From positions 145,082,001 through 145,146,000 of the forward strand of contig NC_086097.1 in NCBI RefSeq assembly GCF_963921235.1: DNA of 64,000 nt. Reading direction: 5' to 3'. A program made the translations under genes and the position numbers. Shown here in pieces: positions 36,851 to 49,949 of the stretch; the stretch's first letter is position 1; each line of letters opens with the position of its first letter. Origin of the DNA: Mobula hypostoma (Eukaryota). Below the pieces are notes generated by a model. It did no database searches. It saw nothing but the letters and a program-made list of their open reading frames with translations, and was not told the DNA's origin.

Positions 36851-38910
36851 AACTTTAACAAAAACTAAGGAGTTGCTCTAAGTAAGAACTGGAATTCGAT
36901 TGTAAACAAGGCGGACAAGCAGAAACTGTTTGGGTGAGAACTAACCAATTAGGAGAGATGGACTGCAGAGATTTAAATACCACTGGACTAGACATACCCG
37001 GACATCATCCCTGATGAAACTGGCAGAGTTTGTCATCAAAACATCATTTATAATCAATACCTGTACTTGGCTAGAAGCCCGAGAAGAGTTTTTTCATAAT
37101 ATAGTTACAATATTACACATATACTGCTGAAATATTTAATACCTCATCCCTGCTTAGCTCTAAACTCCAACTCAATATAGAATGCATTTCAACTCAAATA
37201 AGTTTTGTATAGCCCTCTAGTCATTATACTATATAAATTTTACTATGCTGTGGATATCTATTGTGTAGTTATATTATATAGTATACTTACTATATAATAT
37301 ATAGTAAGTGTGTGTATATAGTGTGTGTGTATATATATATACACACACATACACAGTATACTGTATAATACAGTTGCTCTATCGATATTCACAGCATAGT
37401 AAATTTTAAATTGTCCCATTCAGGACTAAAGATTTAATTGCTGTGCAGGATTTCTTACTCTTGGGGGAGAACATCTTTCCTGACAAGTGGGGTTCAGTCT
37501 GCTTGGCAGGTGAAACTTGTGGCTGTGAAACAATCTCGGGTTGGGGAGCCTCCTCTGTAGTGTTTGTAGGAGTTGGCTCAGGGACTGCAGGAAATGGTGC
37601 TGACAGCTCTGGATACCTTTCTTCTGGACATGCTGGCATTCTAAACAGTGCATGGCAAGCTGCTTGATCTGCTGATCTATCCCAGGCTACCAGACAGAAC
37701 TTCGAGCCAACACTTTCATTTTGTCCATTTGCAAATGACTGGCATGTAACTCCTCCAGCACTTCAGCTCTCAGCTCGAATAGGACAACAACTGTTAATCC
37801 CTGCATAAGGCAACCACCCATTAAGGGCAAGTTCATCCTGGGGCTGGTAAAAATGGGGTACTGGAATTTCTACTGCACATTCCATTCATTTTGGGCTGCC
37901 ATGTAGACCTGAGACTGTGTGGAGTCTTTTCTGCTTTTCCTTTGGATCATCTCTTCCATAATAGGGAGAGTTTCGATTTGCTTTAGGTAGAATATGTCAA
38001 GAAGGTTCGTAGAGCACCCTTCTGTGGATTGAAACTAGACATCAGTGGTTGATGATTAGCAATGAGGGTAATCTGTCTTCCATACAGGTACTGGTTGAAA
38101 TGATTTATGCCCCAAACTAGACTCACGGCCTCTCTGTCAATCTGTGGATATTCTTTCCCTGCAGCAGTAAAGGAACATGGTGCAAAGGCTATGTGGTGTT
38201 CACGTCCTTCTCTCCTAACATGTGATATAACTGCACCAATATTATAAGGTGAGGCGTCATAGTCAAGCTACACTTGACGATGTGGATCATAATGTGTGAG
38301 TACAGTGTCCAACGTCACTATTTCCTTTATGTTTTTTAAAAGCCACCTCCCACTGTTTTGTCCATTGTCATTTCTTCCCAACCTGTTGTAATAAGTTCAA
38401 GGGGTGGAGCACAGTAACTAGGTATGGCATGGACCTGTTATTGTAATTGTCAAATCCCATAAAGGACTGCAACTGTGACACACTCCGTTGGCCTTGGGGC
38501 ATCCATCACAGCTTGAATTTCCTGAGCATCCTTGTGTAGACCCTGTGCATCAATGGTGTGACCACAGTGAATGATGCTTGGATTAAATAACTCACACTTC
38601 TTGCATCGTTCTCTGTGCCCGTAATCTTCTAATCTTTTTGACACTGTCTTAAGATTTTGGAGATATTCCTTGTCATCCTCGCTGGTAAGAATAGTGTCAA
38701 CTAGGTAACACTGAGTGCCTGGACAGCCTTACAGGGCCTGGTCCATAGCTTTCTGCCAGAGTGCAATAAAGCCCTTTTTCAGTGGGCAGGGGATATTGAT
38801 CTACTTCCAATACTGGGTTGATAGTGACCTTAAAATCACCACATATCCTGACAGACCCATAATTTTTAGCCACTGGGAACGATAGTGTTGCCCATGGACT
38901 CCACTCAAGC

Positions 38911-39945
38911 TTAAAAAGGACACTTAAGAAGGAAATGAAGAGAGCTAAAAGAAGGCATGAGGTTGCACTACCAGACAAGGTGAAGGAGAACCTCAAGGGC
39001 TTTTACAGATATATCCAAAGCAAACGTATAGCCAGAGACAAAGTTGGTCCTATGGAAGATCAGAGTGGTAATACATACATGGAGCTAAAAGGGACTGGGG
39101 AGATCTTAAATGGCATTTTTACATCTTCATTTACTTACGAGACGGACACAGAGTCTATAGAAGTGAGGCAAAGCAGCATTAAGGTCATGGACCCTACACA
39201 GATTACAAAAGAGGAGGTGCTTGCAGTCTTGAGGAAAAACTAGGTTTAGTGACTCAGAATGCTAGAGGAACCCAGGTTAGGCAGGTTAGGCAGCATCTGT
39301 AGAAATGAATAAACAGTCAACATGTCAGGCCAGGACAGTTCAGCGGTACTCGAAAGGAAGGAGAATGAAGCCAGAATAAGAAGGTGAGAGGAGAAGAAGG
39401 GATACAAGCTTGAAGGTGGTAGGTGAATCGAGGTGGGTAGTGGAGGGAAATGAACTAAGAAACTAGAACGAGATAGGTAGAAAAGTTAAAGGGCTGGAAA
39501 AATAAGGAATCTGGAGAGGAGAGTGGACCATAAGAGAAAGGAAAAGAGGAGGGGCACTGGGGAAGTTGATAGGCAAGTGAAGAGAAGAGAAAAGATAAGT
39601 GGGAGGGGGCAGAGTGGGGAATTGAAAGGGGAGGTGGGAAAAATTACCAGTAGTTGGAGAAATTGAAGCTCATGCCAACAGGTTGGAAGCTACCCAGACT
39701 ATATGAGGTGTTGCTCCTCCAGCTGAGAGTGGCCTCATTGTGGCAGCAGAGGAAATCAGCAGAAGTGGGTTTGATTTCAACATTTGAGAGACATTTGAAT
39801 GGATACATAGATGGAAGGGTGAGAATTGTATGGAAACCTATGGTCTAGGTGCAGGGCAATGGGACTTGGCAGATCAATTGTGCAGTATGGGCTAGATGGG
39901 CCGAAGGGCCTGTTTCTGTGCTGTAATGTCTATGATTTATGACTA
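38911..39945 (+). mobile_element. CR1 ORF2 piece (38911-39245) and 3' end (39755-39945), flanking a minus-strand Neptune-type PLE tail (about 39250-39752)
   Basis: ORF 38935-39243 (KVKENLKGFYRYIQSKR); a purine-rich PLE tail that is the reverse complement of 5880-6330; CR1 tail. Confidence 0.75.
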
Positions 39946-40479
39946 TAACCTGCAGGGGATTGCAGGATTGTTGGGACAGTGTGGGAACAAGAAATGACAT
40001 GTGCTGCAGCCATTAGTACCCAGAAGGTATCCAGCAACCAGTGGATCAGATGATCTAGTTCAATGCCTCACCCAAAACAAAAGCTCTCACTGATAGTGCT
40101 CTGTTCTTCTGGACTATGTAGAAATAAGTAGAATTGTGCATGGCAGTAACAGACCACTCAGCCAAAAAGATCCATGTGTGTACTTGTGATCCAGTGAGCA
40201 TCTGCTCTCCTTGTATTTACCACATATGTAACTATTTCTTTCCTAATTATATTTCTTGACATCTCACTTCAATGGCTCCATGTAGTAAAACATTCATAAA
40301 TGACAACAGTCCTCAAAAGATCAGATTCATCACAGAACTTTTTCTGTTTATTGACTAATTTATATTTAAGCCTCCTAATTTTGAACACCCCACAAGTAGA
40401 AGCTTGGGAGTAAATCAGGCTGGATGTAGTCACTGATTATAAAGTCAACATGCCTTTGGCTCACAACCTCACAACCAAT

Positions 40480-41085
40480 TTGGCACATGGGCCTTCATAA
40501 ATTTTGGCATACTGGCCTTCATAAATCAAAATATTGAGTACAGGAGATGAGATGTTATATTGAAGTTGTATCAGATGTTGTTGAGGACTAATTTTGAGTA
40601 TTGTGTGCAGTTTTGGTCACCGACCTACAGGAAAGATGTAATTAAGATAAAAAGAGTACTGAGAAAATTTACAAGGATGTTGCTGGCTTTGGAGGACCTG
40701 ATTTATAAGAAAAGATTGAATAAGTTAGGACTTTATTTCTTAGAATGTAAAAGATTGAGAGGATACTTGACAGAGGTATACAAAATTATAAGGAGTATAG
40801 ATACAGTAGCTAGCAGGCTTTTTCCACCGAGTTTGGGTGGCACTACTACCAGAGGTTATGGGTTAAGGGTGAAAGGGGTATAGGAAGGGAAACTCCTTCA
40901 CTCAGAGGATCGTGAAGGTGTGGAATGAGCTGCCGGCACAAGTGGTGCATTCATGCTTGATTTCAAAGTTTAGGCAAGGTTTGGATAGGTACATGGTCCC
41001 GGTGCAGGTCGATGGGAGTAGGCAGTTTAAATGTTTCAGTATGGTCTAGATGGGATAATGGGCCTGTTTCTATGACTCTATGCTG
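40480..41085 (+). mobile_element. CR1 3' fragment
   Basis: ORF 40560-40883 (FEYCVQFWSPTYRKD). Confidence 0.85.
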
Positions 41086-41089
41086 ACCA

Positions 41090-41946
41090 TTATGCTATGT
41101 ACACTAATCCCACAGCTGCATCCACTTTATATCCCCCTATACCTGTTCATTTAGGTACCTGTTCAGATGCTTCTTAAATGCCGTTACTTTTTCCCTCCCC
41201 CCCCCCCCCCACCTGCTTTGGCAGCTTATTAGCTACAACAGTTCATTAACTGCCAGCTACACTTCATTTGAAAAATATACCCCTTACATCCCCTTTAAAA
41301 TTCTTCCCTCTCACCTTAACCCCAATCCCTTTAGTTTTAGACACCTGTATTATGAGATGCTTCTCATAAATTTATATACCTCTACCATGTCCCCTCTTGG
41401 TCTCCTTTCCTCCTGAGAATGTGACCTAGCCTATCCAATCACAAACAAGAAGTATCTCAACTCATATCTATCACAAACTGCTGAGTTCCTCTAATATTCT
41501 GCGTGTGTTGCCCAACCTATCCAATCTCTCATTATAACCCATGCTCTCCAATCCTGGCACCATCCTGGTGAATCTTTTATGCACCTCTCCAGTTTAATCA
41601 CGTCATTTCTGTAGTGTGGCAACCAGAATTGCATGCAGTACACCAAATGCGACCTAACCAACGATTTGTACATCCATAATATGATATCCAAACTCTCATA
41701 GTTAATACCTTAGCCGTATACCTTGATATATACCTTGTTCACTAACTTATATACTGATACTGTCACTTTTAGCAAGCTGGGTACTTGTAACCCAAAGTCT
41801 CTTTTTATCTGAAACACTTCCCAAGCCCCTACGTTCACTGCTTTTTTTTATCCTGCCCTGGTTTATCTTTCCAAGTATGCATCACTTGCCTGAGTTATAC
41901 TCCAACAGCCATTCACTTGTCCACTTTCCCATCTGATCAAGATCCC
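41090..41946 (-). mobile_element. Old CR1 3' fragment with a 75-bp PLE-tail insert (41441-41515)
   Basis: Minus ORF YKSLVRSHLVYCMQFWLPHYR; direct repeat cctatccaatc at 41430-41440 and 41516-41526. Confidence 0.75.
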
Positions 41947-44399
41947 TTTTTCCGAAAGCAAACGAAGTTCAGTCAGTCCTAGCTAAGAATATACCTGCCT
42001 CTAGCAAACATGAATTGAATGGTCTGAGCACCTGTCATTCTACTGTTACTGCATTCAATATGGAGTTCAGGATCCAGATGAGCCAGGATTGTCCAGTTTT
42101 ACACTAAGGATTCCACCTCTGCAATCCAACGCTCAGCAGACCCAGCATGGAATCAGAATTACAATCCACAAATTGGAGCCAGGTAGGAAGAATGAAGTTC
42201 AATTACCTCTTTTTCTTTAAAATAATCTTTTAAATAGCATTTTAGTGCTTCAATCAATTTTTTAAAAATTTCTTGTTTAAAAACTCTTTCATCTTTTTAC
42301 GTTATAATCTTTGAAAGTAATTTTTAATTATTTTTGGATATCTCTGAATATCAGAGACATCTTAAGTCTTTTACAATGCCTTGAGAAAGCTTTAACGGGG
42401 GTGAGGCTCCAGTTCCAGCCTTGCCTTCTGCCAAAAGCTAACAGACTGTGGCTTTGCTAAGCTTCGTGCATCCTGGGTGTTGAAGGCAATCTGCGTTAGT
42501 AGATCCACACTAGCTGAATGTGGTCTGGCAGTGAACTGCAGATATTGGGTCTGGGGTTGGGCTGAATCGAGCTCAACATAACTTATCTTTTCCATTTAAT
42601 CCCAGGTTACTCAGACCATTGGGATAGTTATGCTTTTTTAGTCACTGTGCCTTATTTTAAAAGATAGCCTTGCCTTGGTTGCAAGCATTGAATGTGCAAA
42701 TATAGCAGTGTTGGACATTGCACTCCCTTTCTGAAATTAGCTTTTACTGAAGTCATTTTTTCCTTTTAACTTGACCAGCCAATCTGTTCTATAAGTTCTC
42801 TTTGTCCTACAGCTATCCTTTAATAGATCTCTGCACATTTTTATCATGCTGATCTTTGCTGTATTATGAAGCTCAGGTTTATCATAAACATTTTTTGTGT
42901 TTCAGATTCTTTAGGCATTCACAGAGCTGTTGTTTTGAATGTGCTTCCTTTCCCCCTCATGGTTAACTCCCTTCTGAGATCACTTTCGAAACAAGTTCAA
43001 TGTCAGCTTGGTTCACTTAGTAGCCTGTACTTCTGAGTCAGACATCATCGGTTCAACTTCTCCACAGCAGGACTTGGCCACCTCAGCCCAGCATTACAGT
43101 TCTTGTCTTTGTTCGCTTATGTGGGGATGCTGGCAACTCTACATTTTTACCCTGGGAAAGTAACAGTGGGTCTTCTTGAACTTCTGCAGTTCTCATGGTG
43201 GTTCCACAATGTGTCAAATATAGAGTTTCAAGGCAACATTTAGAAGATAGAATAGAAGTAACTGCTCTGGGAGGTGCACCAGGGGATGATGGTGCTTCTG
43301 TAACCTTGGTGCTTTCTTGTCTTCTTCAGTTACTGTGTAATCTCTGCACTTTCCAAAGGATCTGTGTTTACGTGGCATATCCAATTGAGGACTGTCTGCA
43401 TATTCATGTACACTCAGAAGATTCAGTGTCAAAGGTTGAAGCAGAGTGCTTCAAATTAAAAATCTGAAGGACCAGCTTTATTCATCATATACATTTACAT
43501 GTACTAGGAATTTGGTGTGGTGTGTTGGCATGACAGGCAACAAAAATGAACAACATTGAACAATTGTATGAATAAAAAAATATAAGAAATAAACTTAGAG
43601 ATTGAACTATGGATATAGAATAAAATGTGCACCAATTAATAGATATCATTATAAACAGCATTATAACAAATGGTTTAAAGTGTTTATAGTGTAGTGCAGA
43701 AACTGAGGTAATAGAGTGGGAGGCAGGGGTGGTTAACTAAAATAGCTGATCAGATTAATTGTTGAAGGCACACATATTACAGAAACAGGTTTAGGACATA
43801 GAAGAGCATTGCTCAGCCTCAGGAAAAATGAGGGGAGCACTAATCTAGGAGACATTGAGGTTATATGGACAGCGAGAGAAGCATTCATCAGCCGCAGGGG
43901 CAAATAGAAAGAAACCATTGATCAGTTGGATGGGCAGTTTTTAATTAAAGAGTTATCACCTGTACGGCAGCTGCTCGAGTTCTGTAGAGATCATTTTTAT
44001 GCAGTATTCACCAGCTTTACAATGGAAGGTCATAGACTACATCTCAAAACACAACAAGCAATGAGGTTATTCAAAATAACAAACCAGTATTGGGCCCAGA
44101 TGAAAAAGATATACTGTGAAAACACTCTTTGCAAAACATACCAAGGACTGGTGATTGACATAGAACCTTGAAAGCTCCACAGTCTGGAAAGAGAAGGAAG
44201 CTAGGATACTGATGCTTTACTGCTGCACAACTGTGCAGTAAATCTCTGTCTTGCACTCAAGCAGAACAACCTAAAAAGCAATGGCAGGTAGCAGTTCTGT
44301 GAGACTTGGAGAGATGCTGGTAACTAGAGAAAGAGAAGGGAATCAAATGTAGAGTGATAACACTTTAAGTGCAACACGGAACAGGGTGAAATGCCAATC

Positions 44400-44860
44400 T
44401 CAAACGTGGAATGAATTGGTAGCCTTGGAGAGTATAAATGAGCTTGTGAGTCATTCAGCCTATTTACGGATAGAAGGCTACTGCAAATAATTCTTTTTGA
44501 AGCTGAAGTATCATTGTAAAAATGTGCAAGTACTGCTTTAATTGAGCAATATAAGGCCATCTCAGTATCAGATACTACCTTTGAGGCCTTCAACATATTT
44601 ACTGTTCCAGTAGCTCCACACAAAGGCAAAGATGTTCCATTCACAGAGGTAGAGCAGAAATTCAAGGATTATTTCAATCCACAGATATTTGAAATAGCAG
44701 AGTCTTACAAATTTGGCACAACGAATTGTTAATTGAAAGTCTCGTCCAGACGCTGGGCTGTGGGATGGATTTGTGTGTGGCTTAAATGACAAGCAGATTT
44801 TCTCCTCACTGCTAAATACACACTTATGTTTGACCTGGCTTGCAAGTTGCAACCCAGATG
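44400..44860 (+). pseudogene. Degraded Gypsy gag fragment
   Basis: Hand translation gives APHKGKDVPFTEVEQKFKDYFNPQIFEIAESYKFG and DGFVCGLND. Confidence 0.6.
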
Positions 44861-46569
44861 AAAATAGCAGTGAAAAATACCAGATAATTTCCTCTACCAC
44901 CAAGTACAGACATGATGGCAACTTATGTAACATATGTGGTAACACTGATTGAAGTCACTTTAAGAATAGCATCATGTACTCCAACTGAAGAACCTGCATG
45001 AATCAAATGGGATAAAACAGGTTAGGAGAAATAAAGGCATCCAAGCTGCCGAATTTCCAGGCAAGCAGCATGTCCAAGGAATGGAGACAGTAGAAGGATT
45101 TGTACATGCTGTATATTGATCTGGCTATGGCAGGTAAACTAGAGCAGACTAAAGATGTTATTGCATCTCATTGATTGCAAGAGAAATGAATTGTGCCATA
45201 TCGTAAAGCCCTCAGGAGAGACCCTATGGAATGTATTGGATGCATTACAAATACATTGCAGCCTGCCAAGAAATGAAACTGTTGTTCAGCACACGTAACC
45301 AGGAGCAGGGGAAATGCTCCTACTTTCTTAAAGGAGCTAAAGCCCAGCAAAGAGTTGCACTTTCCAGGGACGTTCATCATAGTTGAGGTTACTTGTGAAA
45401 TGCAGGAATCCAGCCTGAAGGCATGGCCATTGAATGAGATGGGGCTAACATTAAAATAAAGCATGCAGACATGTGCAGAGCTGTCCAAAGTAGATGAGAA
45501 TAACTGGATGGCAAAAAGAAAAGAGTCCATGCGCTGAAACAAGAGAGAAAAAGCAGAAATATGCAGCAAAGTGGCTTTGATGTTGCAAGTGTACTGTTTA
45601 GCTGCAGAAGAAATGTCTGGCATACAAGGAACAATGAAAATATGTGAATTAGAAAATCACATCAATAGATAGTGCAAAATAATGAGGACATTGCAAGTCT
45701 GTAGAGTGGATGAGATAAGCCCTGCAGGACAGATACTGGATCAGATTCAGAGAACTGGGGACAATAAAACACCTGGTGCCAAGCAGGGTCAATTCTGTGG
45801 AAGGAACACCCACTAGATATATCCTCACATTGAGAGCAACCAGTGATACTTCGATTTGATGTCTTCTTGAAGCAACCCAGCAAAGTTGAGATGGTGCAAT
45901 TAAAACATGGCTACACAGAAGCCTGCTGGTAGATGCTCTCTGAAGGTGGTAAACCCAAAGAATTAAGAGAGCTATAATGTAGATGTTATTTTACTATACC
46001 AGAAAGATGACATTCTTATACTTGAAGATTCACAGTACAGTGATGGGACTGGTAAAGGCACTAATAAAAATTGCTTCAACATGGAATCATTTCAGCCATG
46101 CAGCCCACAGCCTAAATTACAGATGTCTTTGTTGGAACATGAAAATGAGAAGCCAATTGCCATTTAATTCAAAATGAATGGATGCAACCAGCAGTACACC
46201 CCACTATGGTGTGCTCCAATAACCCTCCTTGAAGCACAGTCCAATGTTCCTCAAGGAGAACCTTAAAGGTTGAGTTTGATGGATAAACTAAGGCAGAGGC
46301 AGGAGATCTGTTGGATGTATCAATGTCCAGCCATTTGTCATGTAAGGGTGCATTGAGAAATCATGCGGAAAGCTGAGAATCTGCCCTGGCATAAGCTGAC
46401 CCACTTCTCTACCCCAACAATAAATGTCCTGAAGAAGAGTCTCCACCCGAAACATCTACTGTTTATTAATTTCCATAGATACTGTCTGACCTGCTGAGTT
46501 CCTTTTGTGTGTGTTGCTGCAGAAGATGTTTTGCCAGCCTTGAGTAGAGCAAAAATTATCACTGTTTTC

Positions 46570-47375
46570 AAAATTCAAAGGTTATCAATGCATGTATATG
46601 TCACCATACACCAGCTTGGTATTCTTTTTCTTGCAACTACTTATGGGAAAATAAAGAAATACAATAGAATTTATGGAAAAAAGCTATACATTACAAAGAC
46701 TGACAAACATCCAATATGCAAAGGAAGACAAACTGTGCAAATAATAAATTTAAAAAGTAAATAAATAATACCGAAAGCAAGAGTTGTGGAGTCCTCGGAA
46801 GTAAGTCTAAAGTTTGTGGAGTCAGGTCAGCATTGAGGTTAGTAAAGTTACCCATGCTGGTTTAGGAGCCTGGTGGTTGTAGGGTAATAACTGATGGTGT
46901 GGGACCTAAGGCTCCTGTACCTCCTACCTGATGGTAGTATCAAGAGGAGAGCATGGCCTGGATTGGGGGGTCTTTGATAATGGATGCTGCTTTCTTGTGA
47001 ACATGTACAATGACGGGGAGGGTTTTGCCTGTGTTGAGTTATGCTGTATCCACCACTTTTTGTAAGCTTTTCCCATTCCTGGACATCGGTGTTTTCATAC
47101 CAGGCCATGATGCAACCAGTCAGGGTACTCTCCATTGTGCGTCTACAGAATTTTGTCGACGTTTTAGATGACATGCCAAATCTATTCAAACTTCTAAGGA
47201 AGTAGAGGTGCTGTCGTGCCTTCTTTGTGATGGCTCTTATGTGCTGATCCCAGGACACATCCTCTGATATGGTAATATCAAGGAATTTACAGTTACTGAC
47301 CCTCTCCACCTCCAGTCCCTAATGAGGATTGGCTCATGGATGATAAGCTTCTTCCTTCTGTAGCTGATTATCAGA
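46570..47375 (-). mobile_element. L2/Rex1-type LINE 3' fragment
   Basis: Minus ORF 46848-47309 (ERVSNCKFLDITISEDVSW...PSGRRYRSL). Confidence 0.85.
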
Positions 47376-48271
47376 TGCAATCAATGGGTTCTGGCATGTA
47401 GAATTTGAAAAGCAGAGTTTATATTTAATCTGTTTTAGTAGTTGCCGTGGGACTAACAATTGGAAACAAGACAGCTCCAGAAGATCCTCAGTAAAGTGTG
47501 ATCACTGCACATGGAGTAAGGATCAAAATGGATGATTTATTATTCATTGGTGAAGGAGAAACAGAGAAAAAATAAATAATACTTGGAAGCTGAGGGCCTT
47601 GATAAGCAGAATTATCTGAAACTGAACATTCAAGAGTTGAATTTCAGCGTGAAGGAAGTCTCTTTTCTGACTCACTTGATCTCCCTAGACAGATCCAGTA
47701 AAACAAAGGAGATACCATGTGCAAAAGATGTTGCGGGTGTAGATCACATTTTTGTGGGTTTATCAGCTATCTGAACAAGTGTCTGCTTTTTCTCAATGAG
47801 ATGTGTGAGTCACTTGGACGAGTGACCAAAAAGAATATGGAAAGTGTTGGTAGAGCACTCATGAGCAAACTGACACAGCTCCAGGAGAGGAAAATAGCAG
47901 TGTGTTTTAATACTCTAATGAAAAGCTGACATTATCCCTTTAGGCAGGTGCCTCAGGAAAAGGTCTTGAAGCAAATATTTTGCAACAGAGTCAAGCAACA
48001 GTACATTTTCACAGACTGTTTTTGACAGACATTACGCAAAGATTGAGAAGAAGCTATTAGCTATGATCTTTGGAAAGAAGAATATTTTCCATCAGTGTGG
48101 GTTTCCTCTGAGTGCTCCGGTTTCATTCAACATCCCAAGATGTGCAGGGCAGTGGGTTAAGTGTTTGCTGTAAATAGTCCCTAGTGGGTAGATGAGAAGT
48201 GGAATCTGGAGGCAGTTGATGGGAATGTGGGGAAAATAAAAATGTTATTAATGTATGATTGTAGTAAGGAG

Positions 48272-48965
48272 CGGAGGAGGAGGAGAAGATGGCGGCGCGA
48301 CGGCAGCGCGCGTGGCCACTTCGGTGATGATGTCTGTTACCTGTCAAGTAGGGGACCGTGCACAATTCTGATTTGATGGAGATGGACGTGAGAGTACGGG
48401 GGAACATCTGGAAAACTTCTAAAATGCCCGCTTCGCTGTCGCTGCTACTGTGTGGTAACCGGAATCTCCGGAGCAGAAGACCCCGAAATCCTCGGCTTTG
48501 CTTGTTTCAGCAGCCGGGGCGAGGTCGAAGGCGTTAGGCAGAGGATGGCACTCGGGAGGCTGTGTCGGAGGGGGTGGTTGGAGGCTCAAAGTTTTCGGAT
48601 GGACAGACTCAGTGTCGGCTGTGGTCGGCTGCTTCCAAGGCATCGGCAAGTTGACGGTGCCTGGAGGTTTATGGCAGGGAGTTTCTCCCTTTTGCCGCCT
48701 GCTGTCGGGGACTCGGGAGTCGATCGGCTCGGGGACTTTTGAGACTTTATTTACCGTGCCCATGGTTTGTTCTTCATCAAATTATGGTATTGCTTTGCAC
48801 TGCTGTAACTATATGTTATAATTATGTGGTTCGGTCAGTCTTTGGTTTGTCCTGTTTTCTGTGATATCACTCTGAAGAAACATTGTATCATTTCTTAATG
48901 CATGTATGCATTTCTAAATGACAATAAAAGAGGACTGAGTGTTCTCATAATCTAATCTAATCTAA
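48272..48965 (+). mobile_element. Non-autonomous LINE-like element (copy 1)
   Basis: Starts ggaggagaagatggcggc and ends aataaa...(aatct)n; homologous to 63259-63871; sits inside a SINE. Confidence 0.75.
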
Positions 48966-49949
48966 ATGAATGGTTGATGACCAGTGCAGTGGGGTGAAGG
49001 AGCTGCTGTATCTCTCTATGTCTCCATGACTCAGTGGCACACACATTAAAGAACAGTATATGTTAAAAGTGACCAGAAGTCATTTCTGATCATTCCTGTT
49101 CTGTCCATTCATTGAGCACCAAAGAGATCACAGATCATTCTTGCGAGGAGTCAACCATACAAAGTAAAGTTTCAGTACTGTCTAGAATATACATTGCTGC
49201 AAATGCACATAGCTGAGTCCGTCTCAAGGACACGAGGGATGTTAAAATTCAAGTCAATCAACATAGTGAAAGATATTCCAGTCTCTCAGTCACTGATGAA
49301 GATGGTAGAAGAGTCAACTGGACAAGAGGATACAATGCAAAGGCAGAAGCAAGTGATTCAGACAGGATGGGAAAGTGCACAGACACTGATCCTGTTCTCA
49401 GACCATCTGCCATGTAGAGGATGAACTAGGCAGGGAAAGTGACCTGCTCTTCAAAAGCGAAGTGACAACTGTTCATAAATTATTATCTAAAGGCATGGTC
49501 AAAGACTTACACTTCTCACATGTGGAGGTGAATGGTTGTCTGCACAGAATAAATGGGAAAGCAGAAGCCGTATGCAGAATCCAAGATGTTAGATGGCTAG
49601 AAGGAAACCAGCCAAAGAAAATACATCATTCCCCATTAACTCCCAGGAAGGCACTGGGAAAGATTTAAGGAAGGTCTGTTTCACCCCTATCTTAAGACAG
49701 TTTATTACTTTTTTCAATTTTTTTTCAGAGAAAGTGTTCTTTGAGAGCAACGACTCGACTCAGTGCTGGGTATGGAAACACTGCAGTTCTGATCACAGTT
49801 AAAAAGCCACAGTTCCCAGTAGACAACCTCTTGTCACATTCTCAGACTTATGGAATGGAAGGGAATGCTGTGAAGGAGGGATCAGACTGCTGAAAGAAGA
49901 TAACACACAGTTCAACTGTATCATAACATGAAGACAAAGGTATTTCTGA

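Larger units (their letters stand above)
34319..37095. mobile_element. Poseidon-type Penelope-like element with inverted 3' duplication, interrupted by two CR1 fragments
   Basis: GIY-YIG (SVYRIPCECG...RIKEH...VAEH...LVKEAIE) on plus at about 35640-35900, with an inverted copy at 34319-34745. Flanked by ataatatacttacaa (34304-34318) and ataatatagttacaa (37096-37110). Confidence 0.85.
34115..38910 (-). mobile_element. Gypsy (Mag-like) remnant: deleted pol at about 37400-38910 and a 3' LTR split by a PLE (34115-34318 and 37096-37142)
   Basis: Minus strand reads GSVRICGDFKVTINPVLEVDQYPLP, CGHTIDAQGLHK and RNase H remnants. A purine tract lies at 37142-37154, and the LTR ends ...cataaca at 34115. 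Confidence 0.75.
45005..49625 (+). mobile_element. Highly degraded Gypsy internal region (gag, protease, RT/RNase H, integrase remnants), with nested insertions
   Basis: SKEWRQ*KDLYMLYIDLAM (gag N-terminus), DTGS near 45731, YAKIEKKLLAMIFG near 48033 (RNase H) and an integrase-like piece at 49300-49590. Confidence 0.6.

Noticed and set aside
48324..48371. C/D-box snoRNA-like motif (gtgatga...ctga)
   Set aside because: It is too short and lacks a terminal stem, and the D box is not conserved in the paralogous copy near 63305-63352 (gtga).
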